IMG/VR virus record: IMGVR_UViG_3300047160_011027 | Location: 1,510-65,509 of that record | Length of the DNA stretch: 64,000 bases | Source of the DNA: a virus | Taxonomy: Duplodnaviria > Caudoviricetes | Reading direction: 5' to 3' (one strand) | Part shown: one piece after another, positions 8,117 to 16,162 of the stretch | Position numbering within the stretch: position 1 is the first letter of the stretch | How the letters are laid out: every line of letters starts with the position of its first letter | Program-made: the position numbers and the translations under genes | The notes under the pieces: model-generated | Told to the model about the DNA's origin: nothing | Database searches by the model: none | The model's input: the letters and a program-made list of their open reading frames with translations, nothing else

Positions 8117-9077
8117 CGCCTTCGCCACCTATCCCCATCACCAGGCCCATCTGCTGCCGATCTGGCGAGCGCTCGATCCGGCCGCGCGCGGCTCGTTCTA
8201 CGCCGGGCACATGACGGCGTCCATGCGCTGGCTCGAAGCGCACGACGTCGAACCCACCTGGGGCCAGCCGCCCTGGCAGGACGCGCCGGTGCTGTGCGCC
8301 TCGGCGAACGAGACGCCGGCAGTCAAACGAGCGATCCTCGCCGAGCACGGCGCGGGCCAGACGTACTTCCCCGATCTCGATCACCCGAGTTGGCCGGGCG
8401 GCGCGGGGCGCGACAACGTCTGCCTCTTTCTGTGCCCGAACGAACACGTGGCGATCGCCAACGATCGGCTCTACCCCGCCCGTTCGGTGATCGTCGGCTC
8501 CCCGCACGTCGAGCAGCTGCGGGCGCGCCCGCCCTATCCGCTCACACGGCATCGGATCGCGCTCACCACGCACTGGGACATGGACATGGTCGTGCCGGAG
8601 CTCCGTTCGGGCTGGGCGCATTACGAGGCGGCATTCGCCGAGGTGGTGCATCAGGCGCCGGAGGACTACGTCATCCACGGGCATCCCCGCAAGCAGGACT
8701 ACACCAGCCACAAGGCGCGGCAATGGGGCTGCCAGTTCGTCGCCGATCTCGGCGAGCTCACGACGCAGGCATGGCTGCTGATCGCCGATAACACCTCGGC
8801 CGGCTGGGAATGGATGGCGCTCGATCGCCCCGTGATCTGGTACTCGCCGCCGTGGTATCGACGAGAAGCGAACTACGGCCTGCGCTTTTGGGACTGCGTC
8901 GACGCCGGCGTCCACATCGACAAGCCGGAGGATCTCGAGTCCGCCATCCTGACCGCGCTCGCCGATCCGAAGCCGATCCGCCAACGCCGCGCCACCGTCG
9001 CGCGTTGGCTCTTCGGCGCCGATCTCTCCAAGGGCGCGGCCGCGCGCGCGGCCCGGGCCTGCGAGGGGACGCTGTGA
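8103..9077 (+). CDS. GT-B protein resembling CDP-glycerol glycerophosphotransferase (TagB/TagF-like)
   Basis: VIHGHPR and LIADNTSAGWEWMALDRPVIW match the HP...LITD.SS..F..LD.PVI pattern. Confidence 0.55.
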   Translation: MPRLDAFATYPHHQAHLLPIWRALDPAARGSFYAGHMTASMRWLEAHDVEPTWGQPPWQDAPVLCASANETPAVKRAILAEHGAGQTYFPDLDHPSWPGGAGRDNVCLFLCPNEHVAIANDRLYPARSVIVGSPHVEQLRARPPYPLTRHRIALTTHWDMDMVVPELRSGWAHYEAAFAEVVHQAPEDYVIHGHPRKQDYTSHKARQWGCQFVADLGELTTQAWLLIADNTSAGWEWMALDRPVIWYSPPWYRREANYGLRFWDCVDAGVHIDKPEDLESAILTALADPKPIRQRRATVARWLFGADLSKGAAARAARACEGTL

Positions 9078-9331
9078 TCGAAGACGCGCTGGCGCTCTAT
9101 CGCCTCGTGCGGCTCTCGACGGAGGACGAGCTCACCGCACCGTGGCGAGACAAGGCCCGCAGCTGGGCGCTCGATAAGAAGCGGGGCAAACTGCACTACT
9201 TCCTCGGCTGCCCGTACTGCCAGAGCCTCTGGCTGGCGCCGCTCGTGCTCGTCCTCCCACGACGAGTCAAGCGCGGGCTCGCGGCGGCCGGGGCGGTGGC
9301 ACTGCTGCACGATTTCCGGGAGTGGATGTGA
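9074..9331 (+). CDS. DUF1360-like membrane protein
   Basis: YRLVRL..ED.L..PWR...YFLGCPYCQSLW. Confidence 0.65.
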   Translation: MIEDALALYRLVRLSTEDELTAPWRDKARSWALDKKRGKLHYFLGCPYCQSLWLAPLVLVLPRRVKRGLAAAGAVALLHDFREWM

Positions 9332-9414
9332 TTACGTTCGGCTGGCTGATCCTCTGCGGCACGCTCGTCTGGCTGACGCTCGCGCTGCTGACGCTCCTGG
9401 AGAAACGCCGATGA
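9328..9414 (+). CDS. 28-aa membrane peptide
   Basis: GTGA/ATGA overlaps on both sides; single hydrophobic stretch; below the ORF-track cutoff. Confidence 0.35.
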   Translation: MITFGWLILCGTLVWLTLALLTLLEKRR

Positions 9415-9623
9415 GTCTCTTCGCCAATCTTCTCATGCTCCTCGGTTCGATCACCTGGCTCATCGGCGAGTCCATCGGTATTCATAATCACACCGCCAGC
9501 CCGGACACGACGAGCGAATGGCTACGCATCCTGCGCCGCAAGCTCGGCCGGCTGGCGTTCGCCGGCATCTTCGTCGCGCTCTCGACGCTTTTGCTGATCC
9601 ACACGGAGACGTCCTGGCCGTAG
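9411..9623 (+). CDS. Small two-helix membrane protein
   Basis: Two hydrophobic segments; ATGA-coupled. Confidence 0.6.
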   Translation: MSLFANLLMLLGSITWLIGESIGIHNHTASPDTTSEWLRILRRKLGRLAFAGIFVALSTLLLIHTETSWP

Positions 9624-9635
9624 TTTCCTGGAGGC

Positions 9636-10211
9636 ATGCGGCATGGGCGTCCGCTGCGGGCGGTAGAGAACGGCGAGCAGGATTGGTGGACGCGCACTGC
9701 GTCGATGCTCGGCGAGATTCTCGCCGCGCAGTCGGCGGCCGACCGGCAGAAGCCGGAGCTGGCCGCGGCGTATGCGCGTGTTGATGCGCTGAAGGCCGAA
9801 GCGGGCTGGCAGCCGTCATGGAGTCGCGGCGAGATGGTCAGTCATGCGGTGCTGGCCGGATGGGAGATGCGCGAGTGCAAATGGTGCGGCGATGACTTCG
9901 CGGTCATCCGATCCAGTGATCAGCGATGCTGCAGTCGCGGATGCGGGCAGGATTATCGGCGATGGTCCGAGGAGCGTGCTCGGCCGCCGCGACTTCTGCC
10001 GCGGATGAAGCCGTGCGAGTGGTGCCAGGTCGAGTTCCAGCCGCACGGTCGATGGATCGAACGGTTCTGTTCGCCATTCTGCTCCGGGTCATATGGCCAC
10101 TCATGCCGCAAGGTGAAGGAGGAACCGCCGACGCCGCGCGCGGAGGCCGTGTCCGAATGGGAGCGTGCTCTCGTCAGGATGAACGCGTCTCGGCGTGAGG
10201 CCGCTTCCTAG
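9636..10211 (+). CDS. Hypothetical protein with two CxxC...CS..C zinc-binding repeats
   Basis: CKWCGDDF...CCSRGC and CEWCQVEF...FCSPFC; GGAGG SD upstream. Confidence 0.6.
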   Translation: MRHGRPLRAVENGEQDWWTRTASMLGEILAAQSAADRQKPELAAAYARVDALKAEAGWQPSWSRGEMVSHAVLAGWEMRECKWCGDDFAVIRSSDQRCCSRGCGQDYRRWSEERARPPRLLPRMKPCEWCQVEFQPHGRWIERFCSPFCSGSYGHSCRKVKEEPPTPRAEAVSEWERALVRMNASRREAAS

Positions 10212-10214
10212 AAT
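10209..10214 (+). promoter_or_regulatory. -10 element (TAGAAT) of probable leaderless promoter
   Basis: Includes the upstream TAG stop; ATG 10220 begins 6 nt after it; no SD. Confidence 0.5.
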
Positions 10215-10219
10215 CTGGT

Positions 10220-11167
10220 ATGCGCCGCTACTCGATACTGATTCTCGCTCTCGCCGTCTTCATCTTCGGCGCGGCTGACGCATGCGGCGGAGGCGGCACC
10301 AGCAGGCAGATCCCCGATCCGCCGACGTTGCAGACGATCAGCGCCGGCACGAGCTCGGACATCTCGCTCACCTGGACGGCCATCGCCGACGCCGACAGTT
10401 ACGACGTCTATCGGGGCACGAGTCCCGGCGGCGAGCTCGAGATTTACGGACAGACGCACTCGCTCGCCTACACCGACACCGGCGAATACCTGTGGCAGCA
10501 TCTCGTCGCTGGCACCACCTACTACTACGAGGTGACGAGCGTCAACACTGCAGGCGAATCGGTGCGATCGAACGAACTCAACGTGACGGCCGCGGTGCCG
10601 GGGAACTGCGTGACGTCGATCGGTTCCACCAACACGTTCCAGGTGAACGGCGTGATCGGCCAGCCGAACAGCTCGACGGCATCGGCGCCGCTCTTCACGC
10701 TCTACGGCGACGGCGGTCTCTCGTCCTATAACGTCAGCGTGGACGGTGTCGTCATCCCGGGCGCGTTCTATTCGCAGGGGACAGGCGTCGTCTGCGTCCA
10801 GACGCCGCCGACTTCGGACGGCTCGCATACGATTTCGGCGGTCGAACTCAAGCCGAATCCGACGAAACCCGTCACGCCGCTCACCTATCTCATCGACACG
10901 GTGCCGCCGCCCGCACCGTCGGCGCCGACGCTCGTTGGCGTGAACGCGGGCAAGATCGCGCTGACGGGCACCGCGCCCGCCGATGACTTCCAGGTGCAGG
11001 CGTTCTCGGGGACGAAGCTGCTCGGCGGCGCGGCAGTCATTTCCGGCAGCTGGTCGATCACGACAACAGCGCAAGCCGCGGGCACGTATTCGATCGTCGC
11101 GGTCGGTGTGGACAAGGCAGGGAACAAGAGCGCGCCGAGTGCTGCGTTATCCGTCGTCGTGAGCTAA
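10220..11167 (+). CDS. Secreted protein with fibronectin type III and Ig-like domains
   Basis: Signal peptide MRRYSILILALAVFIFGAADA; LTW..YDVYR...YTD...GTTYYYEVTSVN..GES (Fn3); DTVPPPAPS..GSWS.T....GTYSI.A...DKAGN (Big-type Ig). Confidence 0.75.
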   Translation: MRRYSILILALAVFIFGAADACGGGGTSRQIPDPPTLQTISAGTSSDISLTWTAIADADSYDVYRGTSPGGELEIYGQTHSLAYTDTGEYLWQHLVAGTTYYYEVTSVNTAGESVRSNELNVTAAVPGNCVTSIGSTNTFQVNGVIGQPNSSTASAPLFTLYGDGGLSSYNVSVDGVVIPGAFYSQGTGVVCVQTPPTSDGSHTISAVELKPNPTKPVTPLTYLIDTVPPPAPSAPTLVGVNAGKIALTGTAPADDFQVQAFSGTKLLGGAAVISGSWSITTTAQAAGTYSIVAVGVDKAGNKSAPSAALSVVVS

Positions 11168-11206
11168 CCGCGTGGGCGCGCGCGCGGACGATTACTCTTC
11201 GCTCCA

Positions 11207-13699
11207 ATGGCCGCGGTGACGGACGGGCCGCGCACGCGCGGCGGGGGAGTCCTCCTACAGCAGCCGAACGCCCGCGTCCGCCGCTCGTTCACGGCCGCGG
11301 CAGAGGTGCTCGACGCCGGCGACAAGGCGCAAGCGGGCCGGCTCAAGAGACTCGCGCAGGACTGGCAGACGCACTCCTGGAGCTATTACAAGAGCCTCGG
11401 GCTCATCCACTTCGCTCACGACTATCTTGCCAACTGCGCCAGCCGCAGCCGCCTCTATCCCGGATTCATCGGCAAACCCGGCGATCCCCCGACGCCGCTC
11501 GATGACATGGAAGATCCGGAGTTCACGCTCCCCGAGGGCGCGGACAAGAGTTCGGCGCAGGCGACGGTCGACGCCGCCGTTTATCTCGATTCGAGCTACG
11601 ACGGCGGGCTCGGCGCGCTTATGGGCGACTTCGGACTCAACGTGGCGCTGGCGGGCGAGGGGTTCCTGCACGGCTGCGAGTCCGACGAGACGGAGACGGG
11701 CGAACTCTTCCAGGTGCGGTCGGTGATCGAACTGCGAGCGACGTCGGAGGGCTACAAGCTCTATTCGCCGGGGACGCTCGGCCAAACGGGCGGCGAACTC
11801 ATCCCGCCCGACGAGTACGTTATGCGCCTCTGGCGTAAGGATCGCCAGTGGATCGATCTCGCCGACGCGCCGATGCGCGCGCTGCTCGATGACTGCGACA
11901 ATCTGCTGGCGCTGAAGCGCGTGCTCCTTGCCTCGACATACTCCCGGATGCACGGCGGCATCCTGAAGGTGCCGAGCGGTCTGCTCTTCCCGCAGCTCAG
12001 CGGCGATCCGTCCCAGCAGGCGCAAGACGACCCCGTTATGGACGCGATCAATCGCACCGTGACGCAGGCGATCCAAGATCCGGCGTCCGTCAACGCCGTC
12101 GCGCCGGTGCAGATCTCCGGGCCCAAGGAGGAACTCGCCGCGCTCCAGCTCCTCGACATCGGCCGTGGTTACGGGGCCGAGATCCAAAAGCAGATCGCCG
12201 ACGTGGAACGCACGGTGTGCATCGGGCTCGACTTGCCGCCCGAAATCATCATGGGCCTGGGCGGATCGAATCACTGGAACGCCTTCGCCATCGATGAACA
12301 GACGTTCAAGGCGCACATCGAGCCGCTCGTCCTCGTAATCTGCCGCGGGCTCACGAAGGGCTACCTCTGGCCGAAACTGCGCGCGCTCGGCGTCGAGGAT
12401 CTCGGCCGCTATTGCTTCTGGTACGACCCCTCGGCCCTTATCGGCCACCCTGATCGTTTCGCCAACGCACAGGTGCTCCACCAGCGGTTCGTCATCTCCG
12501 ATGACGCGCTCGCGCGCGCGGCCGACTTCTCCGAGGACGACGCGCCCGACGACGAGGAGGTGGCGCGTCGTATCGCCATCGCTCAACAGCTGCGGGTGAC
12601 GATCCGCGCCGCCGAGGTCGCGCCGCCCGGCGAGATCGAACAACCGAGCCAGATCAATCAGCCCGAAAGCGCCACCGCCACCCCGCTTCCCGAGGTCGGC
12701 GTCGGCAAGGCCCTCCCCAAAGCTGCCCCTGCGCCGGCTCAGCCTGCGGCGAAAAGCCCGACCCCTTCTCAGCCCGGGCCCCCGGCGCAGGGACGCCCGC
12801 CCGCCAAGACAGCCGCGGCGGTGCCCCGGCTCGGCGATCGACTGGCGGCGATCGACCGCGATCTCCTCACCCGGCTGCACGTGCTCGCCGATACGGCGCT
12901 ACGTCAGTCGCTCGAGCAGGCCGGCCGCCAGCTCTATAAACAGGCCGGTCGGGAGGATCGCAAGCTCGGCGCGTCGCTGCGAAACGTCCCGCTCGAGGAA
13001 CTCGGGCGCAAACTCGGACGGGATCAGGTGCAGGCGTGGGGGCTCGGCGAACACGATCTGATCGATGAGAAGATGGCGGGCTTCGAGCACGACTATCGCC
13101 GCCTCACGGCGAAGGCGCTCGCCGCCGCGCTCATCGCGGGCCGGCAGTCGGACGGGAACCCCGACGCTCTGCCGGATCACGAGATCGAGGACACGGTTGC
13201 GAGCGCGGGCCCCTCGATCAGTGCGGGCTGGGCGCTGCTCGCAGGCGCGATCGTCGCGCTGGCGCACGACCGACTCTTCAACGAACCGCCAGGCGCGCCG
13301 CCGCGGGGAGAGATCGATACCTCGGCAACGGTGCCGATCGGAACGATCCGCGATTCGCTCGCGGTCGCCGGCGGGGGCCAGAGCGCGGCGCTGCCCACTA
13401 CTCCGTCCGGTGGCGTCGCGCTCGGCCCGCTCGCGCTCGGCATCCTCAAGCAGGAACTCCAGGTGTTCCCGCAGGGCTGGCAGTGGGTCTGGGGCTTCTA
13501 CGGTGAGCCCGATCGGCCCTTCGAGCCGCACAACGCGCTTGATGGCCAGGAGTTCTCGAGCTGGGACGACGACGTGCTCGCCAACAACGAGTCATGGCCC
13601 GACACCGACTACTTCCGGCCCGGCGATCACAACGGCTGTTGCTGCGGCTACATCCCGATGTTCGCCTCGGATCGCGGCGAAGAGGCAGCGGGCGAATGA
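11207..13699 (+). CDS. Portal protein fused to MuF-like minor head domain
   Basis: WQTHSWSYY..LGLIHFA N-terminus, RLWR.D..W..LADAP, GLDLPPE..MGLG..NHWNA of actinophage portals; Pro/Ala linker; C-terminal W.W....R.FEPH..LDG...PGDHNGCCC. Confidence 0.75.
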   Translation: MAAVTDGPRTRGGGVLLQQPNARVRRSFTAAAEVLDAGDKAQAGRLKRLAQDWQTHSWSYYKSLGLIHFAHDYLANCASRSRLYPGFIGKPGDPPTPLDDMEDPEFTLPEGADKSSAQATVDAAVYLDSSYDGGLGALMGDFGLNVALAGEGFLHGCESDETETGELFQVRSVIELRATSEGYKLYSPGTLGQTGGELIPPDEYVMRLWRKDRQWIDLADAPMRALLDDCDNLLALKRVLLASTYSRMHGGILKVPSGLLFPQLSGDPSQQAQDDPVMDAINRTVTQAIQDPASVNAVAPVQISGPKEELAALQLLDIGRGYGAEIQKQIADVERTVCIGLDLPPEIIMGLGGSNHWNAFAIDEQTFKAHIEPLVLVICRGLTKGYLWPKLRALGVEDLGRYCFWYDPSALIGHPDRFANAQVLHQRFVISDDALARAADFSEDDAPDDEEVARRIAIAQQLRVTIRAAEVAPPGEIEQPSQINQPESATATPLPEVGVGKALPKAAPAPAQPAAKSPTPSQPGPPAQGRPPAKTAAAVPRLGDRLAAIDRDLLTRLHVLADTALRQSLEQAGRQLYKQAGREDRKLGASLRNVPLEELGRKLGRDQVQAWGLGEHDLIDEKMAGFEHDYRRLTAKALAAALIAGRQSDGNPDALPDHEIEDTVASAGPSISAGWALLAGAIVALAHDRLFNEPPGAPPRGEIDTSATVPIGTIRDSLAVAGGGQSAALPTTPSGGVALGPLALGILKQELQVFPQGWQWVWGFYGEPDRPFEPHNALDGQEFSSWDDDVLANNESWPDTDYFRPGDHNGCCCGYIPMFASDRGEEAAGE

Positions 13700-15870
13700 A
13701 CCGCGAACGCGCGAAGCAGATTCTTGATACGGCACTGGAGGTTTCCATGCCCTGGCATATCGCACACGGAGCTGGCTGCCCTTCCGACGCGCCCTGGGCC
13801 GTCGTCAAGGACGCGACGTCGGAGACGGTGGGCTGTCATCCTTCCGAGGAGATGGCTCGCCGGCACATGGCGGCGCTCTACGCCAACGAGCCGAACGCCG
13901 AGATCCTCGTCGAGCACGACACGCAGACGGGCGAGATGACGATGGACGGTCGCCCGTTCTTCAACGAGAACCACGACGACATCGCTGCGCTTGCCGCTGA
14001 ATACATCCTCGCCGCGGGCGTCGCCGACGGTCAGCTCGGCAAGCCGTTCACGGTGTTCTTCGTGCCCGAGGGCAAGGAGAGTCGCGACGGACGCCGACTC
14101 GCCCTCGATACCACCGAGTTCGATCAGACGCCGCTGCCGATCATGTTCCAGAACACCGCCAGTCACGGCGACGAAACGCCTGATCCCGGCGTCTTCATCG
14201 GCGCGGTTCACAGCGCCTATCGCGATCCGCGCGCGCCGCACCGCATGATGGGGCGAGGCAATCTCGTCATGAATCAGGCCGCGGCCGACGCCGAGACGCA
14301 GATCCGGGCCGGGCTGCGGGGCGTCTCGATCGACGGCTACGGACTGATGCCGCCCGAGCTTGAGCCTGCCGTGGTCGATCAGGAGGGAAACACCGTCGCA
14401 CTCCTGCGCACCTTCACGGACACGCGCATCATGGGCGCCACGGTGGTGCCGCATCCCGCTTTCGAGGACTGCTGCATCTGGTTCGATGACGAAACCGAAC
14501 CCGAGCGCGTCGCGGCGTGCATGCCCGATCAGCCGGCCCCGCCCGCCGAGGTACAGCTGCCCGATCACATGCCGGCATTGCTGGCCTCGTCCGCGCCGCT
14601 CAAACCGCCGCGCGCGTGGTTCTTTACGCCCGAGCCGAGCGCGATCCAGGCGCTCGAAGTGACGCCCGACGGCCATATCACCGGCCATATCGCGGCGAAG
14701 GGGATGTGCCACACCGCCTATAAGGGGCGCTGCGAGCCCTATCCGCCGTCGCGATCCGATTACCGTTTCTTCCACGTCCACGCCGCCGAGACGGCCGAAG
14801 GCGAGAAGATCCCCTGCGGCGTGCTCACCATGGAGACGACGCACATGCGCGATCCCTGGGGCACGCCGCGCGAGACGCTCGATCACTACGATCACTCCGG
14901 CTTGCAGGCGGCGAAGATCCGCGCGGTAAACGGCCGCTACGGCATCTGGGTGTCGGGGGCGCTGCGTCCGGGACTCGAGGATCGCGATCTCTGGATGCTC
15001 TGCGGCGCGGCCGTGTCGGGCGACTGGCGCGAGGTGCGCGAAGGCCAGAAGCGCTGGAAGGACGAACTCGTCGCGGTGCTCTGCGTGAACTCGCCGGGAT
15101 ATCCGATCCCGCGCCCCGAGGTACTCGTCGCGAGCTCGGGCGAGATCCTGGAACAACGCGGTTCGCTCGCTGGAGACGGAAGACTGTCCTTTGTCGCGCC
15201 CGCGCGCGATAGTGAAACCGAGCCGGCGGCATCGCCTCCGACGATTCTCGGGGGAACCATGACGAACACGAACACGGCCAACTCGAGCTGGGTGGAGACG
15301 AGCCAGCCCGGCAGATCGTTGAACGAACCCTGCCCGGACTGCGAACGGATCGCCGAGCTCGAAGCGCTCGTGGAGCAGCTCGAGGGCGAGAACCGAGCTC
15401 TCCGCGCGCAGATCGCTCGGCCGACGGTCGCCGCCGCGCGCGAAGAACGCAATGCGGCATTGCTCCAGCGCATCGAGGCCGCAGCCTCGGGCGATACGAG
15501 TCTGCCGCTCGCCGATCGGGGAGCTCCGTGGGACGGTCCCGCGGCCGAAGCCTCCATCTGGGCCTGGGCCAAATCGGGCGACTCCTTCGATTGGGGCAAG
15601 GCCGCCCAGGGATTCCTCTGGCACGCGCCGAACCCGTCGAAGAAAGGCGACTTCAAGCTGCCGTTCGCCCGCGTGGTCGGCGGTCGCTTGCAGGCCGTCC
15701 CGCGCGGGGTCTTCGCCTGCGCGCAACGCCTCGACGCAACAACCGACGTCCCGGCCGCGGACAAGGCGGGGATCAAGTCGAAGCTGAATGCGCTCTACAA
15801 ACGCATCTCGACGCCGGATAATCCGGCAACGCCGCCGTGGCAGGCGGCACTCGAGCCCGCTCCGAGCTGA
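13696..15870 (+). CDS. Multidomain prohead (capsid maturation) protease
   Basis: PWHI..CP..PWAVVK..GCH...A..HMAALYANE N-domain; PEG.ES.DGR, RGVSID, RIMGATVVPHPAFE protease core; GHIAA..CH..SGDWR domain; LPLADR..WDG..KLPFA..G.L.AVPRG C-domain. Confidence 0.7.
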   Translation: MNRERAKQILDTALEVSMPWHIAHGAGCPSDAPWAVVKDATSETVGCHPSEEMARRHMAALYANEPNAEILVEHDTQTGEMTMDGRPFFNENHDDIAALAAEYILAAGVADGQLGKPFTVFFVPEGKESRDGRRLALDTTEFDQTPLPIMFQNTASHGDETPDPGVFIGAVHSAYRDPRAPHRMMGRGNLVMNQAAADAETQIRAGLRGVSIDGYGLMPPELEPAVVDQEGNTVALLRTFTDTRIMGATVVPHPAFEDCCIWFDDETEPERVAACMPDQPAPPAEVQLPDHMPALLASSAPLKPPRAWFFTPEPSAIQALEVTPDGHITGHIAAKGMCHTAYKGRCEPYPPSRSDYRFFHVHAAETAEGEKIPCGVLTMETTHMRDPWGTPRETLDHYDHSGLQAAKIRAVNGRYGIWVSGALRPGLEDRDLWMLCGAAVSGDWREVREGQKRWKDELVAVLCVNSPGYPIPRPEVLVASSGEILEQRGSLAGDGRLSFVAPARDSETEPAASPPTILGGTMTNTNTANSSWVETSQPGRSLNEPCPDCERIAELEALVEQLEGENRALRAQIARPTVAAAREERNAALLQRIEAAASGDTSLPLADRGAPWDGPAAEASIWAWAKSGDSFDWGKAAQGFLWHAPNPSKKGDFKLPFARVVGGRLQAVPRGVFACAQRLDATTDVPAADKAGIKSKLNALYKRISTPDNPATPPWQAALEPAPS

Positions 15871-15879
15871 GGTTAGGCG

Positions 15880-15930
15880 GACCTCGCCGAGGGCGAACCG
15901 AGGGGGACTCAATCTCCTCTCGGCGAGGTC
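15880..15930 (+). terminator. Stem-loop after protease gene / upstream of capsid gene
   Basis: GACCTCGCCGAG (15880-91) perfectly complementary to CTCGGCGAGGTC (15919-30); no clear U-tract. Confidence 0.5.
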
Positions 15931-16162
15931 GGCGCTACTTCACTGATAGGCAGCTCCGAGCCGCCGCGCGGATTTTACCCTGATTGATCGTGCATAACAC
16001 GGTGCGTGCCAATCCTTGACGCGATCGTCGTCTATCCGCCACGCGCGCGCGCAAGTGTGGTTTCATAACCGGGAACGACGGGAACACCCCTCCGGCCCAG
16101 CCCCCGGAGCACACCCTCCCAGCGCAGCAGATCTTGCTCGTTACACCCCTGGGAGGGGACAC

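Noticed and set aside
398-9077. Interpreting the GT cluster as DNA glycosylation or Gtr-type serotype conversion
   Set aside because: No TET/JBP, dCMP/dUMP hydroxymethylase, flippase or multi-TM GT-C gene recognised, and the cluster is in the late virion operon; not excluded, since part of the genome is missing.
11193-11207. TACTCT -10 before the portal ATG and TAGCCT (19751) before the adaptor ATG
   Set aside because: Spacing of 9 nt is outside the 6-8 nt seen at the other sites, so they were not counted as leaderless promoters.
11255-15912. Long antisense ORFs (e.g. 11255-12880, 13648-15912; likewise 44221-45999, 57211-58599 and many others in the track)
   Set aside because: They shadow well-supported genes on the opposite strand, have no motifs or SD sites, and are expected in GC-rich DNA with few stop codons.
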